A stretch of 64,000 nucleotides of DNA from Eledone cirrhosa. Its lineage: Eukaryota. The translations under genes were made by a program, and so were the position numbers. The notes under the pieces are model-generated. The model was not told where the DNA came from. It did not search any database and was given only the letters and a program-made list of their open reading frames with translations. Where the stretch lies: NCBI GenBank assembly GCA_964016885.1, contig OZ024742.1:374356001-374420000 (forward strand), given 5' to 3'. Numbering within the stretch: position 1 is the stretch's first letter; each line of letters begins with the position of its first letter. This document shows positions 40,839 to 53,265 of this stretch, piece after piece.

Positions 40839-41049
40839 GATAGGAAAGGCATCCAGTTGTAGAAAGCTTGCCAAATATAAGTGGAATGTATGTGTGGGTG
40901 ATGTCAATGATGGAGACATTATTAAACACTGGTACATTGTTATTATGGTGGGTGCCATTATTGTTGCTATTGTGTTATTAGTGGTGGTGGGATGTTGGTA
41001 GTCCTGCTTCAGTACTTACTATCAGGAAAAGTGGACATTAAATGATGAT
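40839..41049 (+). mobile_element. Possible decayed SINE remnants (core motif plus a second RTE-type tail)
   Basis: TAGGAAAGGCATCCAGTTGTAGAAAGCTTGCCAAA near 40841 resembles a recalled octopod SINE core. GGAAAAGTGGACATTAAATGATGAT near 41025-41049 is a second copy of the tail motif seen at 40688-40716. Confidence 0.45.
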
Positions 41050-41128
41050 ATATATTGGCAGCAGGTAGAAAACTCCATGGTCATTGATCCTTACTGATGG
41101 TATTGTTGGTTCATCCAGGATGACAAGT

Positions 41129-41731
41129 GTAGTTAAAAGAGGTAGACAAATATACGTAGCAGGGGAAGAGGCTGAATGAGGGAGGGTGCCAGTGTCTTGT
41201 AACATGAGGATCAAGGGTGTGAGGTGTTCCACATCGTAAAGCAGTAGTCTCAAGATGAAACAGGTGCATTTAGCATCCCTGATGCTGAAAGGAAAGAGGC
41301 CTGGAAATGCTACAATGAGAGGTTGATGAATGTGGAGAATACCCCCAACAGAGGGACTAGCTATCAAAATATACAGTTATCAGGTCAAAGAAGAAATCGT
41401 TGAGATTGAAAGTGGTAAAACTGTTGGACTGTTAGAGATAGTAGATGAGATACTGTGAGGAAGGAGGAGTTGAACTAGTCCACATTATGAAATAATACAA
41501 GACGAGGCCATACCCGGTGACTGCTGGAGCAGTATACTTATTAATTGCTACAAGATGATTGATGCTCTAGAAAGGAACAACTACATTTAACTAGATTGGA
41601 ATAAAACTAATTATGAAAGTGGTAGAGTTCTACCACAACTAATTAGGGAAAGAGTCCAATTAATGAGATGCAGTTTTGATTCATGCCCTCAACTACAAGA
41701 GAAGGTCCTAGCTAAGAGTAAGACTATATTT
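41129..41731 (+). mobile_element. Degenerate RTE-clade LINE fragment: EN-RT linker and start of the reverse transcriptase (domains 0-2)
   Basis: Translation across frameshifts gives RQIYVAGEEAE, EDQGCEVFHIVKQ, DAERKEAWKCYNERLMNVEN, PTEGLAIKI, KSGKTVGLLEIVDEIL, IPGDCWSSILINCYK, DALERNNY, GIKL, LIRERV..EMQF*FMP and QLQEKVLAKSK. These are colinear with RTE motifs (MK.GKA.G, P.DW..S.IV..YKGKGD...NYRGIKL, Q.GF.PG, QLQEK). Confidence 0.9.
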
Positions 41732-41999
41732 AGTTTTGAGTTAGTCCATGGTAGCTACAAGTATGGTGTGGGGAATGGAAGGGGTGAAAGTATTTTGGAG
41801 TTTGCTGATGGAACTGAGATGTCAATTGTTAACAATTCCAGAAAGAAGACAACAAACTTATGTAGACATTAGATGGGTTATTGACAACTGTCAAGTACCT
41901 GGTGGTACACAGGTGAGATAACTGGAATCTTTGTCATAGAGAGGTAATCCCAAGGAAGAGGTTGTTACACAATATTGTCTAGTTTGTGATATGAAGGTG
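41732..41999 (+). mobile_element. Degenerate RTE-clade LINE fragment: C-terminal half of the APE endonuclease domain
   Basis: ORF 41663-41872 reads FELVHGSYKYGVGNGRGESILEFADGTEMSIVN..RKK (compare VHGGYG.G.RN.EGE.ILEFA....L.I.NT.FKK). It is followed by VIP..EEVVTQYCLVCDMKV (compare VIPGEE...QHRLVV.D), the last APE motif. Confidence 0.8.
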
Positions 42000-44900
42000 G
42001 AGGAGAGCTCGGTGTAGGATATGTCAGCCATGAAAGGTGGGAGGAGAGCTCAGTGTAGAATAGGTCAGCCATGAAAGGTGGGAGGAGAGCTCAGTGTAGG
42101 ATATATTAGCCATGAAAGGTGGGAGGAGAGCTCAGTGTAGGATATATCAGCCATGAAAGGTGGGAGGAGAGCTCAGTGTAGGATAGGTCAGCCATGAAAG
42201 GTGGGAGGAGAGCTTAGTGTAGGATATGTCAGCCATGAAAGGTGGGAGGAGAGCTCAGTGTAGGATATATCAGCCATGAAAGGTGGGAGGAGAGCTCAGT
42301 GTAGGATAGGTCAGTCATGAAAGGTGGGAGGAGAGCTCAGTGTAGGATACGGCAGCCATGAAAGGTGGGAGGAGAGCTCAGTGTAGGATATATCAGCCAT
42401 GAAAGGTGGGAGGAGAGCTCAGTGTAGGATATGAAAGGTGGGAGGAGAGCTGAGTGTAGGATATGTCAACCATGAAAGGTAGGAGACCTCAGTGTAGGAT
42501 ATATCAGCCGTGAAAGGTGGGAGGAGAACTCAGTGTAGGATATGTCAGCCATGAAAGGTAGGAGGAGAGCTCAGTGTAGGATATGTCAGTCATGAAAGGT
42601 GGGAGGAGAGCTCAGTGTAGGATATGTCAGCCATGAAACGTGGGAGGAGAGCTCAGTGTAGGATAGGTCAGCCATGAGACGTGGCAGGAGAGCTGAGTGT
42701 AGGATAGGTCAGCCATGAAAGGAGGAGAGCTCAGTGTAGGATATGTCAGCCATGAAAGGTGGGAGGAGAGCTGAGTGTAGGATATGTCAGCCATGAAAGG
42801 AGGAGAGCTCAGTGTAGGATATGTCAGCCATGAAAGGTGGGAGGAGAGCTCAGTGTAGGATATGTCAGCCATGAAACGTGGGAGGAGAGCTCAGTGTCGG
42901 ATATATCAGTCATGAAAGGTGGGAGGAGAGCTGAGTGTAGGATAGGTCAGCCATGAAAGGTGGGAGGAGAGCTCAGTGTAGGATATGTCAGCCATGAAAG
43001 GTAGGAGGAGAGCTCAGTGTAGGATATGTCAGCCATGAAAGGAGGAGAGCTCAGTGTAGGATATGTCAGCCATGAAAGGTGGGAGGAGAGCTCAGTGTAG
43101 AATATGTCAGCCATGAACGGTGGGAGGAAAGCTCAGTGTAGGATATGTCAGCCATGAAAGGTGGGAGGAGAGCTCAGTGTAGGATAGGTCAGACATGAAA
43201 GGTGGGAGGAGAGCTCAGTGTAGGATAGGTCAGCCATGAAAGGTGGGAGGAGAGCTCAGTGTAGGATAGGTCAGACATGAAAGGTGGGAGGAGAGCTCAG
43301 TGTAGGATAGGTCAGCCATGAAAGGTGGGAGGAGAGCTCAGTGTAGGATAGGTCAGCCATGAAAGGTGGGAGGAGAGCTCAGTGTAGGATAGGTCAGCCA
43401 TGAAAGGTGGGAGGAGAGCTCAGTGTAGGATATGTCAACCATGAAAGGTAGGAGGAGAGCTCAGTCTAGGATATATCAGCCATGAAATGTGGGAGGAGAG
43501 CTCAGTGTAGGATATATTAGCCATGAAAGGAGGGAGGAGAGCTCAGTGTAGGATATGTCAGCCATGAAAGGTGGGAGGAGAGCTCAGTGTAGGATATGTC
43601 AGCCATGAAATGTGGGAGGAGAGCTCAGTGTAGGATAGGTCAGCCATGAAAGGTGGGAGGAGAGCTCAGTCTAGGATATATCAGCCATGAAATGTGGGAG
43701 GAGAGCTCAGTCTAGGATATATCAGCCATGAAATGTGGGAGGAGAGCTCAGTGTAGGATAGGTCAGCCATGAAAGGTGGGAGGAGAGCTCAGTGTAGGAT
43801 ATGTCAACCATGAAAGGTGGGAGGAGAGCTCAGAGTAGGATATGTCAGCCATGAAATGTGGAAGGAGAGCTCAGTGTAGGATATGTCAACCATGAAAGGT
43901 AGGAGGAGAGCTCAGTGTAGGATATATCAGCCATGAAAGGTGGGAGGAGAGCTCAGTGTAGGATATATCAGCCATGAAAGGAGGGAGGAGAGCTCAGTGT
44001 AGGATATATCAGCCATGAAAGGTGGGAGGAGAGCTCAGTGTAGGATATATCAGCCATGAAAGGAGGGAGGAGAGCTCAGTGTAGGATGTCAGCCATGAAA
44101 GGTGGGAGGAGAGCTCAGTGTAGGATATGTCAACCATGAAAGGTGGGAGGAGAGCTCAGTGTAGGTTATGTCAACCATGAAAGGTGGGAGGAGAGCTCAG
44201 TGTAGGATATGTCAGCCATGAAATGTGGGAGGAGAGCTCAGTGTATAATAAGTCAGCCATGAAAGGTGGGAGGAGAGCTCAGTGTAGGATATGTCAGCCA
44301 TGAAAGGTGGGAGGAGAGCTCAGAGTAGGTTAGGTCAGCCATGAAAGGTGGGAGGAGAGCTCAGTGTAGGTTAGGTCAGCCATGAAAGGTGGGAGGAGAG
44401 CTCAGAGTAGGATAGGTCAGCCATGAAAGGTGGGAGGAGAGCTCAGTGTAGGATATGTCAGCCATGAAAGGTGGGAGGATAGGTCAGCCATGAAAGGTGG
44501 GAGGAGAGCTCAGTGTATAATAAGTCAGCCATGAAAGGTGGGAGGAGAGCTCAGTGTAGGATATGTCAGCCATGAAAGGTGGGAGGAGAGCTCAGAGTAG
44601 GATATGTCAGCCATGAAATGTGGGAGGAGAGCTCAGTGTAGGATATGTCAGCCATGAAAGGTGGTAGGAGAGCTCAGTGTAGGATATGTCAGCCATGAAA
44701 GGTGGGAGGAGAGCTCAGAGTAGGATATGTCAGCCATGAAATGTGGGAGGAGAGCTCAGTGTAGGATATGTCAGCCATGAAAGGTAGGAGGAGAGCTCAG
44801 TGTAGGATAGGTCAGCCATGAAAGGAGGGAGGAGAGCTCAGTGTAGGATATGTCAGCCATGAAAGGTGGGAGGAGAGCTCAGTGTAGGATAGGTCAGCCA

Positions 44901-47900
44901 TGAAAGGTGGGATGAGAGCTCAGTGTAGGATAGGTCAGCCATGAAAGGTGGGATGAGAGCTCAGTGTAGGATATGTCAGCCATGAAATGTGGGAGGAGAG
45001 CTCAGTGTATAATAAGTCAGCCATGAAAGGTGGGAGGAGAGCTCAGTGTAGGATATGTCTGCTATGAAAGGTGGGAGGAGAGCTCAGTGTACGATATGTC
45101 AGCCATGAAAGGAGGGAGGAGAGCTCAGTGTAGGATATGTCAACCATGAAAGGTAGGAGGAGAGCTCAGTGTAGGATAGGTCAGCCATGAAAGGTGGGAT
45201 GAGAGCTCAGTGTAGGATATATCAGCCATGAAAGGTGGGAGGAGAGCTCAGTGTAGGATAGGTCAGCCATGAAAGGTGGGATGAGAGCTCAGTGTAGGAT
45301 ATATCAGCCATGAAAGGTGGGAGGAGAGCTCAGTGTAGGATATGTCAGCCATGAAAAGTGGGAGGATACGTCAGCCATGAAAAGTGGGAGGAGAGCTCAG
45401 TGTAGGATAGGTCAGCCATGAAAGGTGGGAGGAGAGCTCAGTGTAGGATATGTCAGCCATGAAAGGTGGGAGGAGAGCTCAGTGTAGGATATGTCAGCCA
45501 TGAAAGGTGGGAGGAGAGCTCAGTGTAGGATATGTCAGCTATGAAAGGTGGGAGGAGAGCTCAGTGTAGGATATGTCAGCCATGAAAGGTGGGAGGAGAG
45601 CTCAGTGTAGGATATGTCAGCCATGAAAGGTGGGAGGAGAGCTCAGTGTAGGATATGTCAGCCATGAAAGGTGGGAGGAGAGCTCAGTGTAGGATAGGTC
45701 AGCCATGAAAGGTGGGATGAGAGCTCAGTGTAGGATATGTCAGCCATGAAAGGTGGGATGAGAGCTCAGTGTAGGATATGTCAGCCATGAAAGGTGGGAG
45801 GAGAGCTCAGTGTAGGATAGGTCAGCCATGAAAGGTGGGATGAGAGCTCAGTGTAGGATATATCAGCCATGAAAGGTGGGAGGAGAGCTCAGTGTAGGAT
45901 ATGTCAGCCATGAAAGGAGGGAGGAGAGCTCAGTGTAGGATATGTCAGCCATGAAATCTGGGAGGAGAGCTCAGTGTAGGATAGGTCAGCTATGAAAGGT
46001 GGGAGGAGAGCTCAGTGTAGGATAGGTCAGCCATGAGATGTGGGAGGAGAGCTCAGTGTAGGATAGGTCAGCCATGAAACGTGGGAGGAGAGCTCAGTGT
46101 CGGATATATCAGTCATGAAAGGTGGGAGGAGAGCTCAGTGTAGGATATATCAGCCATGAAATGTGGGAGGAGAGCTCAGTGTAGGATATATCAGCCATGA
46201 AAGGTGGGAGGAGAGCTCAGTGTAGGATATATCAGCCATGAAAGGTGGGAGGAGAGCTGAATGTAGGATATGTCAGCCATGAAAGGTGGGAGGAGAGCTC
46301 AGTGTAGGATAGGTCAGCCATGAAAGGTGGGATGAGAGCTCAGTGTAGGATATGTCAGCCATGAAAGGTGGGAGGAGAGCTCAGTGTAGGATAGGTCAGT
46401 CATGAAAGGTGGGAGGAGAGCTCAGTGTAGGATAGGTCAGCCATGAAAGGTGGGAGGAGAGCTCAGTGTAGGATATATCAGCCATGAAATGTGGGAGGAG
46501 AGCTCAGTGTAGGTTATGTCAACCATGAAAGGTAGCAGGAGAGCTCAGTGTAGGATATATAAGCCATGAAATGTGGGAGGAGAGCTCAGTGTATGATAAG
46601 TCAGCCATGAAAGGTGGGAGGAGAGCTCAGTGTAGGATAGGTCTGCCGTGGGAGGAGAGCTCAGTGTAGAATATGTCAGCCAAGAAAGGAGGGAGGAGAG
46701 CTCAGTGTAGGATATGTCAGCCATGAAAGGTGGGAGGAGAGCTCAGTGTAGGATATGTCAGCCATGAAAGGTGGGAGGAGAACTCAGTGTAGGATATATC
46801 AACCATGAAAGGTGGGAGGAGAGCTCAGTGTAGGATAAGTCAGTCATGAAAGGTGGGAGGAGAGCTCAGTGTAGGATATATCAGCCATGAAAGGTAGGAG
46901 GAGAGCTCAGTGTAGGATATGTCAGCCATGAAATCTGGGAGGAGAGCTGTGTAGGATAGGTCAGCCATGAAAGGTGGGAGGAGAGCTCAGTGTAGGATAG
47001 GTCAGCCATGAGACGTGGGAGGAGAGCTCAGTGTAGGATGTCAACCATGAAAGGTGGGAGGAGAGCTCAGTGTAGGATATGTCAGCCATGAAAAGTGGGA
47101 GGATAGGTCAGCCATGAAAAGTGGGAGGAGAGCTCAGTGTAGGATAGGTCAGCCATGAAAGGTGGGTGGAGCGCTCAGTGTAGGATATGTCAGCCATAAA
47201 AGGTGGCAGGAGAGCTCAGTGTAGGATATATCAACCATGAAAGGTGGGAGGAGAGCTCAGTGTAGGATATATCAGACATGAAAGGTGGGAGGAGAGCTCA
47301 GTGTAGGATAGGTCAGCCATGAAAGGTGGGAGGAGAGCTCAGTGTAGGATATGTCAGCCATAAAAGGTGGCAGGAGAGCTCAGTGTAGGATATATCAGCT
47401 ATGAAAGGTGGGAGGAGAGCTCAGTGTAGGTTATGTCAACCATGAAAGGTAGCAGGAGAGCTCAGTGTAGGATATATAAGCCATGAAATATGAGGAGAGC
47501 TCAGTGTATGATAAGTCAGCCATGAAAGGTGGGAGGAGAGCTCAGTGTAGGATATGTCAGCCATGAAAGGTGGGAGGAGAACTCAGTGTAGGATATATCA
47601 ACCATGAAAGGTGGGAGGAGAACTCAGTGTAGGATATATCAACCATGAAAGGTGGGAGGAGAGCTCAGTGTAGGATAAGTCAGCCATGAAAGGTGGGAGG
47701 AGAACTCAGTGTAGGATATATCAACCATGAAAGGTGGGAGGAGAGCTCAGTGTAGGATATGTCAGCCATGAAAGGTGGGAAGAGAGCTCAGTGTAGGATA
47801 TGTCAACCATGAAAGGTGGGATGAGAGCTCAGTGTAGGATATGTCAACCATGAAAGGTGGGAGGAGAGCTCAGTGTAGGATATGTCAGCCATGAAAGGTG

Positions 47901-50900
47901 GGAGGATGTCTCAGTGTAGGATATATCAACCATGAAAGGTGGGAGGAGAGCTCAGTGTAGGATATGTCAGCCATGAAAGGTGGGAGGAGAGCTCAGTGTA
48001 GGATATGTCAGCCATGAAAGGTGGGATGAGAGCTCAGTGTAGGATATGTCAGCCATGAAAGGTGGGAGGAGAGCTCAGTGTAAAATAGGTCAGACATGAA
48101 AGGTGGGAGGAGAGCTCAGTGTAGGATATGTCAGCCATGAAAGGTAGTAGGAGAGCTCAGTGTAGGATATGTCAGCCATGAAAGGTGGGAGGAGAGCTCA
48201 GTGTAGGATATATCAGCCATGAAAGGTGGGAGGAGAGCTCAGTGTAGGATATGTCAGCCATGAAAGGTGGGAGGAGAGCTCAGTGTAGGATAAGTCAGCC
48301 ATGAAAGGTGGGAGGAGAGCTCAGTGTAGCATATGTCAGCCATGAAAGGTGGGAGGAGAGCTCAGTGTAGGATATGTCAGCCATGAAAGGTAGTAGGAGA
48401 GCTCAGTGTAGGATATGTCAGCCATGAAAGGTGGGAGGAGAGCTCAGTGTAGGATATGTCAGCCATGAAAGGTGGGAGGAGAGCTCAGTGTAGGATATGT
48501 CAGCCATGAAAGGTGGGAGGAGAGCTCAGTGTAGGATATGTCAGCCATGAAAGGTGGGAGGAGAGCTCAGTGTAGGATATGTCAGCCATGAAAGGTGGGA
48601 TGAGAGCTCAGTAGGATATATCAGCCATGAAAGGTGGGAGGAGAGCTCAGTGTAGGATATGTCAGCCATGAAAGGTGGGAGGAGAGCTCAGTGTAGGATA
48701 TGTCAGCCATGAAAGGTGGGAGGAGAGCTCAGTGTAGGATAGGTCAGCCATGAAAGGTGGGAGGAGAGCTCAGTGTAGGTTATGTCAAACATGAAAGGTA
48801 GCAGGAGAGCTCAGTGTAGGATATATAAGCCATGAAATGTGGGAGGAGAGCTCAGTGTATGATAAGTCAGCCATGAAAGGTGGGAGGAGAACTCAGTGTA
48901 GGATATATCAACCATGAAAGGTGGGAGGAGAGCTCAGTGGAGGATATGTCAGCCATGAAAGGTGGGAGGAGAACTCAGTGTAGGATATATCAACCATGAA
49001 AGGTGGGAGGAGAGCTCAGTGTAGGATAAGTCAGCCATGAAAGGTGGGAGGAGAACTCAGTGTAGGATATATCAACCATGAAAGGTGGGAGGAGAGCTCA
49101 GTGTAGGATATGTCAACCATGAAAGGTGGGAGGAGAGCTCAGTGTAGGATATGTCAGCCATGAAAGGTGGGAGGAGAGCTCAGTGTAGGATATATCAACC
49201 ATGAAAGGTGGGAGGAGAGCTCAGTGTAGGATATGTCAGCCATGAAAGGTGGGAGGAGAGCTCTGTACGATATGTCAGCCATGAAAGGTGGGATGAGAGC
49301 TCAGTGTAGGATATGTCAGCCATGAAAGGTGGGAGGAGAGCTCAGTGTAGGATAGGTCAGATATGAAAGGTGGGAGGAGAGCTCAGTGTAGGATATGTCA
49401 GCCATGAAAGGTAGTAGGAGAGCTCAGTGTAGGATATGTCAGCCATGAAAGGTGGGAGGAGAGCTCAGTGTAGGATATATCAGCCATGAAAGGTGGGAGG
49501 AGAGCTCAGTGTAGGATATGTCAGCCATGAAAGGTGGGAGGAGAGCTCAGTGTAGGATAAGTCAGCCATGAAAGGTGGGAGGAGAGCTCAGTGTAGGATA
49601 TGTCAGCCATGAAAGGTAGTAGGAGAGCTCAGTGTAGGATATGTCAGCCATGAAAGGTGGGAGGAGAGCTCAGTGTAGCATATGTCAGCCATGAAAGGTG
49701 GGAGGAGAGCTCAGTGTAGGATATGTCAGCCATGAAAGGTAGTAGGAGAGCTCAGTGTAGGATATGTCAGCCATGAAAGGTGGGAGGAGAGCTCAGTGTA
49801 GGATGTCAGCCATGAAAGGTGGGAGGAGAGCTCAGTGTAGGATATGTCAGCCATGAAAGGTGGGAGGAGAGCTCAGTGTAGGATATGTCAGCCATGAAAG
49901 GTGGGAGGAGAGCTCAGTGTAGGATATGTCAGCCATGAAAGGTGGGAGGAGAGCTCAGTGTAGGATATGTCAGCCATGAAAGGTGGGAGGAGAGCTCAGT
50001 GTAGGATATGTCAGCCATGAAAGGTGGGAGGAGAGCTCAGTGTAGGATATATCTGCCATAAAAGGAGGGAGGAGACCTCAGTGTAGGATATGTCAGCCAT
50101 GAAAGGTGGGAGGAGAGCTGAGTGTAGGATATGTCAGCCATGAAAGGTGGGAGGAGAGCTCAGTGTAGGATATGTCAGCCATGAAACGTGGGAGGAGAGC
50201 TCAGTGTAGGATAGGTCAGCCATGAAAGGTGGGATGAGAGCTCAGTGTAGGATATATCAGCCATGAAAGGTGGGAGGAGAGCTCAGTGTAGGATATGTCA
50301 GCCATGAAAGGTGGGAGGAGAGCTCAGTGTAGGATATGTCAGCCATGAAATCTGGGAGGAGAGCTCAGTGTAGGATAGGTCAGCCATGAAAGGTGGGATG
50401 AGAGCTCAGTGTAGGATAGGTCAGCCATGAGACGTGGGAGGAGAGCTCAGTGTAGGATATATCAGTCATGAAAGGTGGGAGGAGAGCTCAGTGTAGGATA
50501 GGTCAGCCATGAGACGTGGGAGGAGAGCTCAGTGTAGGATATATCAGTCATGAAAGGTGGGAGGAGAGCTCAGTGTAGGATATGTCAGCCATGAAAGGTG
50601 GGAGGAGAGCTCAGTGTAGGATATGTCAGCCATGAAAGGTGGGAGGAGAGCTCAGTGTAGGATATGTCAGCCATGAAAGGTGGGAGGAGAGCTCAGTGTA
50701 GCATATGTCAGCCATGAAAGGTGGGAGGAGAGCTCAGTGTAGGATATGTCAGCCATGAAAGGTGGGAGGAGAGCTCAGTGTAGGATATGTCATCCATGAA
50801 AGGTGGGAGGAGAGCTCAGTGTAGGATATATCTGCCATAAAAGGAGGGAGGAGAGCTCAGTGTAGGATATGTCAGCCATGAAAGGTGGGAGGAGAGCTCA

Positions 50901-53265
50901 GTGTAGGATATGTCAGCCATGAAAGGTAGTAGGAGAGCTCAGTGTAGGATATGTCAGCCATGAAAGGTGGGAGGAGAGCTCAGTGTAGGATAGGTCAGCC
51001 ATGAAAGGTGGGAGGAGAGCTCAGTGTAGGATATGTCTGCTATGAAAGGTGGGAGGAGAGCTCAGTGTAGGACAGGTCAGCCCTGGAAGGTGGGAGGAGA
51101 GCTCAGTGTAGGATATGTCAGCCATGAAAGGTGGGAGGAGAGCTGAGTGTAGGATATGTCAGCCATGAAAGGTGGGAGGAGAGCTCAGTGTAGGATATGT
51201 CAGCCATGAAAGGTGGGAGGAGAGCTCAGTGTAGGATATGTCAGCCATGAAAGGAGGGAGGAGAGCTCAGTGTAGGATATATCAGCCATGAAAGGTGGGA
51301 GGAGAGCTCAGTGTAGGATATGTCAGCCATGAAAGGAGGGAGGAGAGCTCAGTGTAGGATATATCAGCCATGAAATCTGGGAGGAGAGCTCAGTGTAGGA
51401 TATGTCAGCCATGAAAGGTGGGAGGAGAGCTCAGTGTAGGATATGTCAGCCATGAAAGGTAGTAGGAGAGCTCAGTGTAGGATATGTCAGCCATGAAAGG
51501 TGGGAGGAGAGATCAGTGTAGGATATGTCAGCCATGAAATCTGGGAGGAGAGCTCAGTGTAGGATAGGTCAGCCATGAAAGGTGGGAGGAGAGCTCAGTG
51601 TAGGATAGGTCAGCCATGAGACGTGGCAGGAGAGCTCAGTGTAGGATATATCAGTCATGAAAGGGGAGGAGAGCTCAGTGTAGGATATGTCAGCCATGAA
51701 AAGTGGGAGGATACGTCAGCCATGAAAAGTGGGAGGAGAGCTCAGTGTAGGATAGGTCAGCCATGAAAGGTGGGAGGAGAGCTCAGTGTAGGATATGTCA
51801 GCTATGAAAGGTGGGAGGAGAGCTCAGTGTAGGATATGTCAGCCATGAAAGGTGGGAGGAGAGCTCAGTGTAGGATATATCAACCATGAAAGGTGGGAGG
51901 AGAGCTCAGTGTAGGATATGTCAGCTATGAAAGGTGGGAGGAGAGCTCAGTGTAGGATAGGTCAGCCATGAAAGGTGGGAGGAGAGCTCAGTGTAGGATA
52001 TGTCAGCTATGAAAGGTGGGAGGAGAGCTCAGTGTAGGATATGTCAGCCATGAAAGGTGGGAGGAGAGCTCAGTGTAGGATATGTCAGCCATGAAAGGTG
52101 GGAGGAGAGCTCAGTGTAGGATATATCAACCATGAAAGGTGGGAGGAGAGCTCAGTGTAGGATATGTCAGCTATGAAAGGTGGGAGGAGAGCTCAGTGTA
52201 GGATAGGTCAGCCATGAAAGGTGGGAGGAGAGCTCAGTGTAGGATATGTCAGCTATGAAAGGTGGGAGGAGAGCTCAGTGTAGGATATGTCAGCCATGAA
52301 AGGTGGGAGGAGAGCTCAGTGTAGGATATATCAACCATGAAAGGTGGGAGGAGAGCTCAGTGTAGGATATGTCAGCTATGAAAGGTGGGAGGAGAGCTCA
52401 GTGTAGGATAGGTCAGCCATGAAAGGTGGGAGGAGAGCTCAGTGTAGGATATGTCAGCTATGAAAGGTGGGAGGAGAGCTCAGTGTAGGATATGTCAGCC
52501 ATGAAAGGTGGGAGGAGAGCTCAGTGTAGGATATGTCAGCCATGAAAGGTGGGAGGAGAGCTCAGTGTAGGATATATCAACCATGAAAGGTGGGAGGAGA
52601 GCTCAGTGTAGGATATGTCAGCTATGAAAGGTGGGAGGAGAGCTCAGTGTAGGATAGGTCAGCCATGAAAGGTGGGAGGAGAGCTCAGTGTAGGATATGT
52701 CAGCTATGAAAGGTGGGAGGAGAGCTCAGTGTAGGATATGTCAGCCATGAAAGGTGGGAGGAGAGCTCAGTGTAGGATATGTCAGCCATGAAAGGTGGGA
52801 GGAGAGCTCAGTGTAGGATATATCAGCTATGAAATGTGGGAGGAGAGCTCAGTGTAGGATATATCAGCCATGAAAGGTGGGAGGAGAGCTCAGTGTAGGA
52901 TAGGTCAGACTTGAAAGGTGGGAGGAGAGTTCAGTGTAGGATAGGTCAGCCATGAAAGGTGGGAGGAGAGCTCAGTGTAGGATAGGTCAGCCATGAAAGG
53001 TGGGAGAGCTCAGTGTAGGATAGGTCAGCCATGAAAGGTGGGAGGAGAGTTCAGTGTAGGATAGGTCAGCCATGAAAGGTGGGAGAGCTCAGTGTAGGAT
53101 ATATCAGCCATGAAAGGTGGGAGGAGAGCTCAGTGTAGGATAGGTCAACCATGAAAGGTAGGAGGAGAGCTCAGTGTAGGATATGTCTGCCATGAAAGGT
53201 AGGAGGAGAGCTCAGTGTAGGATATATCAGCCATGAAATGTGGGAGGAGAGCTCAGCATATGTCA
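41991..53265. repeat. Satellite/minisatellite B: 41-bp purine-rich monomer, ~275 copies
   Basis: CCATGAAAGGTGGGAGGAGAGCTCAGTGTAGGATATGTCAG repeats head-to-tail (ATGAAAGG at 42071 and 42112, period 41). Most monomers carry a SacI site, GAGCTC. Confidence 0.99.

Noticed and set aside
38635-41001. Short ORFs rich in YIYI/CVCV, including the hydrophobic 40768-41001 ORF
   Set aside because: These are translations of (TA)n/(TG)n microsatellites and TTG/GTG-rich low-complexity sequence, with no recognisable domain.
41663-41872. 69-aa ORF as a functional gene
   Set aside because: It is a chance in-frame fusion of RT and endonuclease remnants of a dead RTE element.
41963-41983. TTACACAATATTGTCTAG resembling the SatA core TTACCAGTATTGTCT
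   Set aside because: It is a short imperfect match that is fully explained by the RTE codons TQYCL. Chance similarity is likely.
42627-42872. 81-aa minus-strand repetitive ORF
   Set aside because: It is a translation of SatB monomers with local indels.
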